DNA of 64,000 nucleotides from Methanothrix sp. (lineage in GTDB: Archaea; Halobacteriota; Methanosarcinia; Methanotrichales; Methanotrichaceae): contig OY821645.1 in NCBI GenBank assembly GCA_963682135.1, positions 768,001 through 832,000 of the forward strand, in the 5' to 3' direction. This document shows, in pieces, positions 9,246 to 19,252 of the stretch. The notes beneath the pieces are model-generated. The model made no database searches and was not told the DNA's origin. It saw nothing but the letters and a program-made list of their open reading frames with translations. The position numbers and the translations under genes are program-made. Within the stretch, counting starts at the first letter, position 1, and the number at the start of each line of letters is the position of its first letter.

Positions 9246-10000
9246 TCCAAATCATCCAAGAAGGTTGTATCGAGGTTGATAATCAGCCGCCATTTTGTAT
9301 TAACAGGACCCATTGAAGGCATTGTCGGATCAAGCAATAGATACTTTTTTGATTTAATCTGAGGGACCGCTAGCGGAAGACCTATTTGATCGCATAAAAA
9401 GCCGAGTCGTCGAACCACTGAGAGGTTGTCTATCTTAAGAGCATACTCGTTTATTCGCTTTTGGTTCAATAGACCGGTCTTAAGAGCCTTCGCAACTTCT
9501 ATAATACCACCAGAGTACTGCGGCTTGTCGAGGCAATCAATAATGGTTTTCTCTTTATCCGTAATGCTCACTGCAGCCTCTTCTATCCACTCCTTTCTTA
9601 GCCCATAGAATTTCTCCTTTTTAATTCGAACTATCTGATAATCTAGGCCGAAAATGTTTAATCTGCTTTTTTTCTTGCGGGCAGGTGTCTGCAAAAAAAC
9701 AGTTCTTGGAATCTGCTCAGTCAACCCATAATAATGCAGGGCGCTCCAATAGGAAATTGCTGAAGGTTCAATTAGATAAGAGCCAATGACGAATTCATGG
9801 AGGGTATAGCTTCCCTTTTCACTATCAAGTGGAATTATCAGATATTTTCCTTTTTCAATCCGCTCGATAAAACCACGATCTTCTAGCCGAGAGAGAATTA
9901 CAGAGAGTGCCTCTTTCTCAATATGGGTCTTCCTGTAGAGCTGGCCAAAGGAAAATACCTGACCCTCTTTAGCTATCGATTTAAGGATTTGAATTGTCAT
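9242..10000 (-). CDS. abiEi: Type IV TA antitoxin, AbiEi family transcriptional regulator
   Basis: N-terminal wHTH (LSRLEDRGFIERIEKGKY), ISYWSALHYYGLTEQIP, TDKEKTIIDCL..P.YSGG; 4-nt overlap with abiEii. Confidence 0.9.
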   Translation of the reverse strand: MTIQILKSIAKEGQVFSFGQLYRKTHIEKEALSVILSRLEDRGFIERIEKGKYLIIPLDSEKGSYTLHEFVIGSYLIEPSAISYWSALHYYGLTEQIPRTVFLQTPARKKKSRLNIFGLDYQIVRIKKEKFYGLRKEWIEEAAVSITDKEKTIIDCLDKPQYSGGIIEVAKALKTGLLNQKRINEYALKIDNLSVVRRLGFLCDQIGLPLAVPQIKSKKYLLLDPTMPSMGPVNTKWRLIINLDTTFLDDLE

Positions 10001-10018
10001 AGCTTCACCCGTATCATA

Positions 10019-10080
10019 ATTCCCCTTTTAGTACACCAACATTATCAGTTATGTATATTTTGGTGTATACAACGGGGAAT
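10019..10080. promoter_or_regulatory. Putative AbiEi operator: 21-bp imperfect inverted repeat flanking a TATA-like box
   Basis: attccccttttagtacaccaa (10019-10039) / ttggtgtatacaacggggaat (10060-10080), 17/21 matches; aaatatacat on the - strand between the arms. Confidence 0.7.
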
Positions 10081-10108
10081 ACGATATGGTACGACTTGAG
10101 TAGGCATT

Positions 10109-10139
10109 GTGCTATACGCTTCGCCGAAGCGTATAGCAC
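10109..10139. repeat. Perfect 15-bp inverted repeat (hairpin)
   Basis: gtgctatacgcttcg-c-cgaagcgtatagcac. Confidence 0.85.
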
Positions 10140-10154
10140 GTATGAGATAAATAT

Positions 10155-10523
10155 CTAACTATCGTTTATATCATCATGATTTATAAACTCCCATTTGATT
10201 ACCTCAGTAAAACCGCAAACAGTATCGATAACATCATCCTCAAGCTCGGTTTTAGCGTCCTTTATCGTGACTTTTGCAAATCTATTAAATAAACCTGGGA
10301 ATTTATTCCGGAAAAGGTCGGAGATTATATACCGTCTCTGCTTAACATGTCGAATTGCTTCATAGGCACCAATACGTTGCGTCTCATAAGTGGTTATTAT
10401 GGCCAATAATCTCTTGTACTCTTCTTCGTGCAGTTTCAATTGCTGACGTTCCCTCTCTAAAACCTCGTGTAGCTCATAAGCCCTCTTTAATATATCTTCA
10501 GGGGTTTGTTGCTTTAGGTCCAT
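10155..10523 (-). CDS. Hypothetical protein (coiled-coil N-terminus, low GC)
   Basis: 122-aa ORF with ATG start in an AT-rich island; no motif recognised. Confidence 0.6.
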   Translation of the reverse strand: MDLKQQTPEDILKRAYELHEVLERERQQLKLHEEEYKRLLAIITTYETQRIGAYEAIRHVKQRRYIISDLFRNKFPGLFNRFAKVTIKDAKTELEDDVIDTVCGFTEVIKWEFINHDDINDS

Positions 10524-10922
10524 GTAATCTCTCAGACTACGAATAGAGGCTCAGACGAAAAGCCTTTTGGTTTTGGCCGATGGCCGAAGCGGGGCAGCTC
10601 GGCTCTCGTCCAGGCACTGGGCGGGCAGGAGCACGGTAAGCGCCGGGCTGCCTGTGAGGCTGTTGGCTCTTCCCCGAACCGCAGATCGTCATTGTGCTCG
10701 CTGTGCCGGTTGAACCTCATCCGTGCTCTCGCGCGTTTTGGATGCGTTCTTCGGCTAGCGAGGTCTTGGGCTGGATACAGCCTTTTGCTTGCAGCGAGCA
10801 AATCCCTGTTATCATAGCCTGGAAGTCTAGTTTAGCCTGCGGCTTCAGGACGATCCTTCGCATCGAGAGGATCGATAGAGATTTGGAATGCAAAAGACGA
10901 TAAGGAACTGACAAAGAGGTCA

Positions 10923-11741
10923 TTGGCAATGATCGATTTCGATAATATAGACGACTGGGCACCTAGGCTCACAGCTGTGCTACGCCCATATGTGCCAATT
11001 TCTGTCGAGCAGACACTCTTAGAATCGGAACTGGAATATATCCAAGATGCACAGAAAATACTTTTCCAACTAACTGACCACGATGCGATCATAGATATGG
11101 TGATTGCCTGGCTTCGATCGAATAATATAGCAGGCTATCATGGATCCCGTCTGACAGATGCAGAGGTTCAATCTATCCAAGCACAAGGCCTAATCCCATT
11201 GAATGCAGAAGGCCGTCGTGATCGGCTTATTAATGTGTTATCTCCTCATTCTAGATGGCCAGAAGTGGCAGACCGACTCGATGCAGTCATCCGGAATTAT
11301 GGAAAGGGTAATCGCGCTGGCCATAGGGAAGGTCAAGCGCATCTTACACTCTCAAGAGCTGGTTTGATTAAAAGTTTCAATCATTACCTTACACATGGCT
11401 CTGAATTTGATCAACACGTGGCTGGAGAGCTGCTGGAGACAGATGGGGTGGATCTCCTTACACACTATGGTATGCCCAGAGTATTTCAGGTCGCTGTTCC
11501 TGGTGGCTTAGCTTTGAATGCCGCTAATCGATATCTTTCCGTCGACGGTTTCCGGGAAGGAGGAGAGGTCCCCAACATAGTAAGAGAGTTTCTTACATCT
11601 TGGAGCTGTCGGCTAGCAGTTCCGGATTTTCAGTCTGCGATGATGAAGGTTGATTGTGGCATAGTGTTTGGCCAGACCATTCCTGCTGCCTGGATAACTG
11701 AAATTCAAACTCTCAGTACCACCCTTCTAAGTCGATTGTGA
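10923..11741 (+). CDS. Hypothetical protein, possible ADP-ribosyltransferase-like fold
   Basis: 272 aa; GYHGSR, AHLTLS and C-terminal TIPAAWITEI pattern. Confidence 0.65.
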   Translation: MAMIDFDNIDDWAPRLTAVLRPYVPISVEQTLLESELEYIQDAQKILFQLTDHDAIIDMVIAWLRSNNIAGYHGSRLTDAEVQSIQAQGLIPLNAEGRRDRLINVLSPHSRWPEVADRLDAVIRNYGKGNRAGHREGQAHLTLSRAGLIKSFNHYLTHGSEFDQHVAGELLETDGVDLLTHYGMPRVFQVAVPGGLALNAANRYLSVDGFREGGEVPNIVREFLTSWSCRLAVPDFQSAMMKVDCGIVFGQTIPAAWITEIQTLSTTLLSRL

Positions 11742-11762
11742 AGATCTCAAGAACTCCCGATG

Positions 11763-14606
11763 TCACCCCCAAAACCTCTTCGTCCTGGCATACTCCCTCT
11801 CCGCCTTCAGAATATCCCGGTAGAACTCCAGTTCATCACTCTGCATCTTTCCCACAACCCGGGCAGCCGTATCCGGGCCCAGCCCCCGGCTCGCCAAAGC
11901 GATGGCAGCGGTCTTGCCGTAGCTCAGGACCAGGTTGGCATTGCGAAAGACCCGCTTCGTCCTGCGTTTGTCCTCGGCGGTCTTCTTCTTCTCCGGCTTT
12001 TTGACGATCTTGATCTCCTCTTCCTCCCAGGGCTTGAGGGCTGCTACCATGCGGGAACCGCATAAAGGACATTCCGGCTGCTCTGGCACTCGCTCCACCT
12101 GACGCATGCTCTTCCATTTCTTGCAATTCACGCAGAACAACAAGACCCGGTCGTTCATGATGCGGTTTTTGAGCAGATCAATGACCGCAGCATCCGCGTG
12201 CTCGGGTGATGTGACATCCCGACCCCCGCCCCTCCCTGAGGTTCCAATGGGGCTTGGCGAGCTGGCGATAATCTCAATTGAGCCGTCCTGAATTCTCTGC
12301 AGCACCCACTTGGCTCGCTCTATGTCCAGCCGGTCATGATAGATCTCCCGCAGCGCCTCCCGGTACATGGGCGTGCCCTCGAAGACGGCCAGAAGCTTGG
12401 CCATGCTCACCCTCTGATAGTCCACATCCCGAGAGAATGCCCCAAATTTGCGGGCTACGTGCACCATCTTCCAGCGCAAAAGGGTAGTATTCTTGAGAGT
12501 CATCTCCAGGATGGGCTCCACGTAAGTCGGATCCAGCTCCATGAGCAGCTTCTTGATCTCCTCGGCCAGCAGGACGCGAGGCAGTGTCAGCTCAATTCGG
12601 TAAGGATCTATTTGCAGGGCCACATTGCTGCCGAATCGGGCAGAAAGGATAGCAGTGATGATCCGACCCAATGTGTCATTGGTCTTATGGCCGAAACAGG
12701 CATTGATGATGGCGCCCTCTCCCCCGCTCTCCACCACAATATGAGATTCATCAGGAACGGGCAGGCGTTTCTCCATCTGCTTTTGGATGAGATCGACAAG
12801 CTCTGCTGCCGCAACATCCTCCAGCGGGTACTTTCTCTGCAGCATGGCCACGGCCCGATCGCTGGCGCTGCCGGCTGAAGCTTCATCTGCGCTTCCTTCG
12901 TTTCCTTCGCCTCCTGCGCGCTCCAGGATCTGCAAGATCTCCCGCCGCATGCTGCCCACCTCCTGGGCAATAGCAAAGGGAACGGGAATCTCTTCCCCCG
13001 TCCAGCTGGGAATCTCTCCGCTCCTGTGAATGGGCACCACCTTGATCTCATTGTCTGCAATCTCAGTGATCTCCCAGATCTCCCCCTTGGTGACGAATGT
13101 GGCTCCCGGCTGGGCGAAGCTGATGACAAATGCCTCGTCCAGAGTTCCAACGGAGCGGCGGCCTACTATGTCATAGACGTTGTACCTCTTCTCATCCGGG
13201 ATCATGGAGAGGTTCTCGATGTAGTACTCGCGTGCCTTGCGAGTCCTCTGCAAAATATCGCCATCCGGCCATGCCAGGCGATGCTCCACCATCTGAGTGA
13301 TGACGCCGTCCATCTCTTCCTTGCCTAGATCTCGAAAAGGATAGGCTCTGGTGACGATTCGGTGCACCGTTTCCCTATCGATGTCACCAAAATCCATCTC
13401 CAGTCCTACAATCTGATTGGCCAGGACATCTGTGGGCTTCTCGTGAATCAAGATGGCTTCCAGCTCGCCGGCTGCCGCTCCGCGGGCAATGGCACAACCC
13501 TCGGCCACGTCATCGGCACTGGTAGCAATGATGGTCCCGGAAGAGACGAGACCAATCTTGTGTCCGGAACGTCCAACGCGCTGCAGAAGGCGAGCAACGG
13601 CGCGCGGAGAGCTGTACTGAATAACGTGGTCCACGTCTCCGATATCAATTCCCAGTTCCATGGAGGAGGTGCAGATCAGGCCGCGCAAATCGCCTGCCTT
13701 GAATGCCTCCTCTGCTTCTACTCGCGTTTCAACGGAGAGACTGCCGTGGTGCACACCAACAGGCTCGCCAAGCTGGCGAAAACGCGAGCCCAGTACCTCC
13801 GCCGCCTGCCGGGTATTCACAAAAATCAGGCACTTTTTATTGTGCACCGTCTCCCGGATGAAGCGAATCTGCGCAGCCAGACGGGGATCGCACTCCAGGG
13901 TGCTTGCCATGGCATAGTCCCCTCTGCTGGGAGAAGGGCTGACCACGCGAAAGTCGCTGGCCCTCTCCACATCTGTCTGGATGATTTTGCAGCTTCTATT
14001 CGTTCCCACGAGCAGACTGGCCACGACCTGCGGCGAGCCAACCGTAGCAGAAAGCCCAATTCTTTGAAAGTCGCCGGCAAGCTGCGCCAGCCTCTCCAGG
14101 AGCACGGCCAGCTGCGAGCCGCGTTTGGTGGAGGCCATCTCATGAACCTCGTCTACCACCACGGTCCTGACAGTGGAGAGATTCTTGCGCAGGAGTTTTC
14201 CCGTCAGCATTATCTGCAAAGTCTCCGGGGTTGTGATCAAGAGATCCGGCGGCTTTAGGGCCTGTTTTCTCCGATCCGCCTGACTGGTGTCGCCGTGCCG
14301 AACAGCAACGCTGATGTGCAGCTTCTCCCCCCATTCTAAAAATCGGCGCAGCATGTCCCGATTGAGGGCACGAAGTGGCGTGATGTAGACCGCCTTTGTG
14401 CCCTTGATCTCGCTAGAGAGGATCTGATGAAAGATGGGCAGGCTTGCGGCCTCGGTCTTCCCTGTGCCTGTGGGCGCAATGAGCAGCACATTTTCGTTGG
14501 AGAGGATAGCAGGAATAGCCTCTTCTTGCGGCTTTGTCGGCTCGAAAATCCGATCTTCCTCTAGCTTTGCTCTGATCTGGTCATCAAGCAGGAGGAAAGC
14601 GTTCAC
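11763..14606 (-). CDS. lhr: Lhr-like ATP-dependent DEAD/DEAH helicase
   Basis: APTGTGKT, TPLRALNRD, DEVHE, GLSATVG, HHGSLS, SMELGIDIG, QRVGRSGH; C-terminal Zn ribbon. Confidence 0.93.
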   Translation of the reverse strand: MNAFLLLDDQIRAKLEEDRIFEPTKPQEEAIPAILSNENVLLIAPTGTGKTEAASLPIFHQILSSEIKGTKAVYITPLRALNRDMLRRFLEWGEKLHISVAVRHGDTSQADRRKQALKPPDLLITTPETLQIMLTGKLLRKNLSTVRTVVVDEVHEMASTKRGSQLAVLLERLAQLAGDFQRIGLSATVGSPQVVASLLVGTNRSCKIIQTDVERASDFRVVSPSPSRGDYAMASTLECDPRLAAQIRFIRETVHNKKCLIFVNTRQAAEVLGSRFRQLGEPVGVHHGSLSVETRVEAEEAFKAGDLRGLICTSSMELGIDIGDVDHVIQYSSPRAVARLLQRVGRSGHKIGLVSSGTIIATSADDVAEGCAIARGAAAGELEAILIHEKPTDVLANQIVGLEMDFGDIDRETVHRIVTRAYPFRDLGKEEMDGVITQMVEHRLAWPDGDILQRTRKAREYYIENLSMIPDEKRYNVYDIVGRRSVGTLDEAFVISFAQPGATFVTKGEIWEITEIADNEIKVVPIHRSGEIPSWTGEEIPVPFAIAQEVGSMRREILQILERAGGEGNEGSADEASAGSASDRAVAMLQRKYPLEDVAAAELVDLIQKQMEKRLPVPDESHIVVESGGEGAIINACFGHKTNDTLGRIITAILSARFGSNVALQIDPYRIELTLPRVLLAEEIKKLLMELDPTYVEPILEMTLKNTTLLRWKMVHVARKFGAFSRDVDYQRVSMAKLLAVFEGTPMYREALREIYHDRLDIERAKWVLQRIQDGSIEIIASSPSPIGTSGRGGGRDVTSPEHADAAVIDLLKNRIMNDRVLLFCVNCKKWKSMRQVERVPEQPECPLCGSRMVAALKPWEEEEIKIVKKPEKKKTAEDKRRTKRVFRNANLVLSYGKTAAIALASRGLGPDTAARVVGKMQSDELEFYRDILKAEREYARTKRFWG

Positions 14607-14758
14607 AAGTAATCATTCCTGAACAGGTATATGAAAGCCTTGCGGCAAAGACGATATGGATATTTGTATGTTATTCATACTTTTGTAATTGTAAATAATG
14701 TTTTATGTAATCTTTTTCCAGGAAAACTACTTATTCTTACACGTACTATTGGACTGCT

Positions 14759-15079
14759 ATGGCAGGAGTACTTGAGTGCATGGGAGGATCAAGAAAGCAT
14801 CTGATAAAGCCCGCAAAATCAATTGTTGCCGATGGCCGGGACCAGGAGCTGAAGACCGCAAAACAGATCCTTGCCGAGGTTTTCCACACACAGCTTTGCG
14901 ATGTGGAGGATATGATTATGAGACGTCTTGTGGAGAAAGACCCAATTGATGAGAAATGCCGACAGGAGGTGAAGTGCCAGCTAGAGGAGAGAGCCGGGAC
15001 CAGGGTGAATGCAAGTCATGCAAATTGGGGGACATGGCCGGAGATGTTCTGGGTAGAGGGTGAGGTCAAGAAATCATAA
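14759..15079 (+). CDS. Hypothetical protein
   Basis: 106-aa ORF after an AT-rich promoter-like region. Confidence 0.5.
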   Translation: MAGVLECMGGSRKHLIKPAKSIVADGRDQELKTAKQILAEVFHTQLCDVEDMIMRRLVEKDPIDEKCRQEVKCQLEERAGTRVNASHANWGTWPEMFWVEGEVKKS

Positions 15080-16010
15080 AGAAATATACTAAAGATGATA
15101 CGACAGGCAAGACTATGTTATCGTTGACTCTCAGGGGTAGTGACTCAATAATTGTCGCTGCCATTGCCACTAGAATTGTTGCCGGCACCGGCATCACCAG
15201 GAGGGAACATATTGCCCCAGCCGCAAATCCAATCATACCTTCAAATGTCTTGCTGCTATTCCAGGGCAGCTTATGTCTTCCGTAACGAGTGCCGATGTAT
15301 GTGGCAAGACCATCGCCCAGAGCCAGTATGAATATTACAGATATTGCCGCTGCGATTTCATTTCTCAGCAGACTGAGAACAAAGAGAATGCCAAGCGCAT
15401 TATATAGCGATCCCTCGCCGGGTATCTCTCCTTCCCGGCCCACATTTCGTAGCCAGTTATCAATCCCGGGTATTTTTAGTCCAATTATTTTCAGATGCAT
15501 CAGCAGAATTCCAACGCAAGTTCCCAGAAGGACAAAATATGATGTAGTCTGGATGCCAAGCACCCATATCAATAGACATGCCGATAGGTTTGAAATTATG
15601 TGTACGGCTTTTCTTGCCCTCTCATCGATCCTGTTAATTGCCCTCTTTTGTCGAAAGACGATTGCCTGCGCAATAGCATATCCAAGACCTGCTATGGCTA
15701 TGCCTTCGCCAAGATCCAGCCAGCAATTCTGCCCTCCGGACACCTCAAACCAGCTCACCAACATTCCAATAATGTAGAATAAAGCAAATGCCCCATGTCC
15801 CATTAAGGGAAAGACAAATGAGAATGCTCCACTGATAGGTTGTAGTTGGCAGCAATTTACAGATTCTGGAAGGCACTTTAGAGATGCGGCGATAATCGCG
15901 GCAATGACGAGACTGAAAAACAGGAGCTTAATGCGCTGCATCGATGTAGGATTGAGGGCAGACAAGAAATCACCTATTGAGTCAAGCGATCCAAAGCAAT
16001 TTGATCTCAA
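15066..16010 (-). CDS. Dolichol/phytol kinase-like membrane protein (CTP-transferase family)
   Basis: ERARKAVH, ILALGDGLATYIG, SKTFEG, DNIVLP; multiple TMs; true start probably downstream of 16010. Confidence 0.82.
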   Translation of the reverse strand: MRSNCFGSLDSIGDFLSALNPTSMQRIKLLFFSLVIAAIIAASLKCLPESVNCCQLQPISGAFSFVFPLMGHGAFALFYIIGMLVSWFEVSGGQNCWLDLGEGIAIAGLGYAIAQAIVFRQKRAINRIDERARKAVHIISNLSACLLIWVLGIQTTSYFVLLGTCVGILLMHLKIIGLKIPGIDNWLRNVGREGEIPGEGSLYNALGILFVLSLLRNEIAAAISVIFILALGDGLATYIGTRYGRHKLPWNSSKTFEGMIGFAAGAICSLLVMPVPATILVAMAATIIESLPLRVNDNIVLPVVSSLVYFFMIS

Positions 16011-16049
16011 TCAATTAATCTACTGGTATATAAATAGATGTAACTCCAA

Positions 16050-16742
16050 TTGTTTTGCGATAGCTGGAGCCTGAGAAAATTGGTTAAAAATAGATCAGAT
16101 AGACCGAAGTTGAATTCAAGTTTCAGATCAGGCAAACATTTGATATATGAAAATTATAAAATATATGTATCAGTTCTAATCCTCATAATAGTGTACAGTA
16201 CTATATTACTATTTTTGAATTTGCTGACACCCTACGACACGGCCCTTTTTCTTGAAATCAATCAATATAGAATCGATGCTATCGAATCATTTTTGCTACT
16301 ATGGACAAATGGTGGTACATACCTCTTCATAAGTTTGATAGTTATCGTTTTATGGCTAAAAGGCGAAAAAAATCCAGCGATCTATCTGGCATTAGGACTG
16401 ATAGTAGATGCGATCTTGGTTAGCGATCTAAAGATAATGATCCATAGGCCCAGGCCTTATGAAGTTCTGCCCATAATGCCTCTGGAACTCGCAGAAAATC
16501 TAAAAAGCCTACCATCTGGGCATACTGCCACAGCGTTCTTATCTGCCATGATATTGTCTAAATTTTATAGCAAATATCTAGTTGCTTTTTTTCTCATAGC
16601 AGCATCTATAGGTTTCTCGAGGGTATATATCGGCGTTCATTATCCGCTTGACGTAATAGCTGGAGCAATAACCGGCTGTTTGGTTGGCATTATAATGGTT
16701 GATCTCTTGGATCGCGTTCGGATGATTGGTCCACGCAGGTAG
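16050..16742 (+). CDS. PAP2 family phosphatase
   Basis: K....RPRP, PSGHT, SRVYIGVHYPLDV; start uncertain. Confidence 0.9.
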   Translation: MFCDSWSLRKLVKNRSDRPKLNSSFRSGKHLIYENYKIYVSVLILIIVYSTILLFLNLLTPYDTALFLEINQYRIDAIESFLLLWTNGGTYLFISLIVIVLWLKGEKNPAIYLALGLIVDAILVSDLKIMIHRPRPYEVLPIMPLELAENLKSLPSGHTATAFLSAMILSKFYSKYLVAFFLIAASIGFSRVYIGVHYPLDVIAGAITGCLVGIIMVDLLDRVRMIGPRR

Positions 16743-17685
16743 CTGATTTCACCAGTTCGTATAATGCCTCGTTTACGGGCACCTCTATCTTATGCTTTCT
16801 TGCCCGGCGAATGATATAGCCGTTTATGGAATCAATCTCTGTAATCCTACCCTTCAACATATCCTGAAGCATGCTGGAGGTATTGCCGGATGTCTTCTCG
16901 GCTACAGAATATACCATTTCCAGAACACTCCTCTCTTCTCGCCTTACTCCCTCCTTTGCGGCAACATTCACCGCTTCTCTGACCACTGCCTGTACAGTGT
17001 TTTTAAGAAGAGAGGAGAGTATAATCCCGTTCTCCCGGCGGGTTAAAGCAGTTATTGGGTTGATCACGGCGTTGGCGAAGAGCTTGCTATATTGATGCTC
17101 CCTAAAATCATTGGCAAATTCGATCTCAAAGCCCTTCTCCAGAAACCTGGCCACCATAAATTTCTTCAGATCCTCGTCGATCTTTTCCTCGATTATGGTC
17201 TTTCCCTTTCCTTTAAGCGCCACCATGCCATCCTCTGAGGACTTGACCCCCAGAGATGTGATGCCATCCAATACTTGAGAGTCCGGCAGGTCAAGCTCAT
17301 CAAAGGCTTCTCGATTACCCATGCCATTCATGAGCAGTATGAATATAGCATTCCTCAACCGCTCTTGCAGCAGGCCGGACTTTCTCAGTTCTTCGCAGAC
17401 AGCGGACAGAGAATAGGTCTTAACGCATATTATTACGATCTCCGGAAAAAAATCGGATGCTTTCAGATCGGCAAGATCTGTAAAACAGTATTTGAATTGC
17501 AGCAGCTTTCTCTTTTCGGGAAGATCTATCTGCAGGCCCAGATCGTTTATTCTATTTATAGGGCTCTTCCTTCCCAGGAGTGCCACGTTTTCAATCTTTC
17601 CACCAGATAAGTTACTGGGATATGAGAGAAGATATCCCATGAATGAGCCAATGGCCCCCGCACCATAAATCAAGATGTCTGCCAT
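16690..17685 (-). CDS. panE: 2-dehydropantoate 2-reductase (ketopantoate reductase)
   Basis: GAGAIG, VKTY, LMNGMG, KLFANAVINP, SSMLQD...TEIDSING. Confidence 0.9.
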   Translation of the reverse strand: MADILIYGAGAIGSFMGYLLSYPSNLSGGKIENVALLGRKSPINRINDLGLQIDLPEKRKLLQFKYCFTDLADLKASDFFPEIVIICVKTYSLSAVCEELRKSGLLQERLRNAIFILLMNGMGNREAFDELDLPDSQVLDGITSLGVKSSEDGMVALKGKGKTIIEEKIDEDLKKFMVARFLEKGFEIEFANDFREHQYSKLFANAVINPITALTRRENGIILSSLLKNTVQAVVREAVNVAAKEGVRREERSVLEMVYSVAEKTSGNTSSMLQDMLKGRITEIDSINGYIIRRARKHKIEVPVNEALYELVKSATCVDQSSERDPRDQPL

Positions 17686-17784
17686 TTTAATTCATTTAAT
17701 ACCCTATCACTTGCCCCTATAAAAATCTCTTCAAAGCAGACAAGCTGATAATTCAATTGACTAAAAATATTGGAGAGGCCAGGC

Positions 17785-19149
17785 CTACACATTTAGCTGG
17801 TAAGCATAGCCGGCTTTGAAGTACTTGTAATCCGAGAACGTGAGACCGCTGCCATCTATGGCAATGTTATGATACAAATCTCCCGGCACGTTGATGGTCA
17901 CAGTGCCGTCGGGCTCTCCCGTCATTCCTTCGGTGGTCTGATAGCTGCCGTCGACATAGACATTGTACCCTCGCAGCCAGGATGAGCTGATGGTAATTGC
18001 CGCGAAATCATAGACGGGCTGGGCAGGAGACTGATAGGGCACTACATCAATTACTATCACGTTACTGGGCTGGCCGCCGATATTGAAGAACAACTGATGC
18101 TGCCCCACCTCATCAGCATAAAATCCTATCTGGTTGTAGGCATTGAAGTAGTAGCTGTTCATATCCAGGTTGCCGTCCGGATAAATCTCGTAGAGATAAC
18201 CATAACCCCCCGCAGGTGACGTGGTTATCATGTTGAGCATAGAGCCCAAAGGAACCATAGCATACTGTGTCCAGCTAGAGGACCCTGAAATCCAAAGAGA
18301 GTTTGCGCCGGTACTCAAGGCGTAGGTCTGATACTGCGTGTAGGGCACCGCTTTTTGCGTAGAGCCGAAGTAGAGCATGGCAGGCTCCACATCTTTCAAG
18401 TCGATTTTAGTAGGAGCGGTGAGCTGATCTTTTGGAGCCTGCGCGGTCGAGCTATAATACTGGGAGTACTTTTGCAGAGCAACCTGGCTGGAAGCCAGGC
18501 TTGAATCCTGACCTGAGGCTTGACCGGATGTTTGGCCTGAGACTTGACCCGATAACTGACCGGCACTCTGGTCTATCGCAGGATTGGACAAGAGCTGCAG
18601 GTTGCGCACTTCAGTCGAACCTACCGTTTTGGATTGCAGATCCGCAGATATCGTCTTCTCGCCAGAACTGAGGGGCTTCTCGCTCCAGGATGCTGATACT
18701 GCTCCTTCTGAGCCTGCCTTTTTCGATCCAGAGATTGACGTCTCCTGCATCGCAGCAGTTCCTGTTACGGTAATCGTTCCCTGCATGCCGGGATGGATGC
18801 TGCAATGATAGCCGTAGACACCGGGAATGGTGAATATGTTGTCAAACTTTTTTCCAGGCATAAGCACACCCGAGTCAAATTGGCCTTGAATATCACTGGT
18901 GACGGTATGCTGCACACCATCCTGGTTATGCCACTCTACAGTCGCTCCGACGGGCACAGAGAGGGTGGAAGGATTAAACGAGTTGTCCTTTATGTTTACC
19001 GTTGTTACAAAGTTGGATGGATTGCCAACCTGATCGAGTTGCACACCACTAAAATCATATCCAACCTGCTGTTCAAGCTTCTTTTCGGACACAGCGACCG
19101 ATAAGCCAATCAGCATGATCAGAATCACTATTGAGAGACACCATTTCAT
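17785..19149 (-). CDS. Secreted protein with plastocyanin/cupredoxin domain, Ser/Gln-rich linker and C-terminal beta domains
   Basis: Signal peptide; FNPSTLSV.VGATVEW.N.D...HTVT and YHCSIHPGMQG type-1 copper ligands. Confidence 0.85.
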   Translation of the reverse strand: MKWCLSIVILIMLIGLSVAVSEKKLEQQVGYDFSGVQLDQVGNPSNFVTTVNIKDNSFNPSTLSVPVGATVEWHNQDGVQHTVTSDIQGQFDSGVLMPGKKFDNIFTIPGVYGYHCSIHPGMQGTITVTGTAAMQETSISGSKKAGSEGAVSASWSEKPLSSGEKTISADLQSKTVGSTEVRNLQLLSNPAIDQSAGQLSGQVSGQTSGQASGQDSSLASSQVALQKYSQYYSSTAQAPKDQLTAPTKIDLKDVEPAMLYFGSTQKAVPYTQYQTYALSTGANSLWISGSSSWTQYAMVPLGSMLNMITTSPAGGYGYLYEIYPDGNLDMNSYYFNAYNQIGFYADEVGQHQLFFNIGGQPSNVIVIDVVPYQSPAQPVYDFAAITISSSWLRGYNVYVDGSYQTTEGMTGEPDGTVTINVPGDLYHNIAIDGSGLTFSDYKYFKAGYAYQLNV

Positions 19150-19252
19150 AGACTAAACCCCCATTTATTCGAAGATACGGATCTATAAGAATATATATTT
19201 TTTGAGGGAAACGCCTGAAACTTTGTTGAAATATTTGATTGGGCGTGGTTCT

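Noticed and set aside
12336-14258. Long + strand ORFs inside the Lhr helicase gene
   Set aside because: Antisense ORFs typical of GC-rich coding sequence; no motifs
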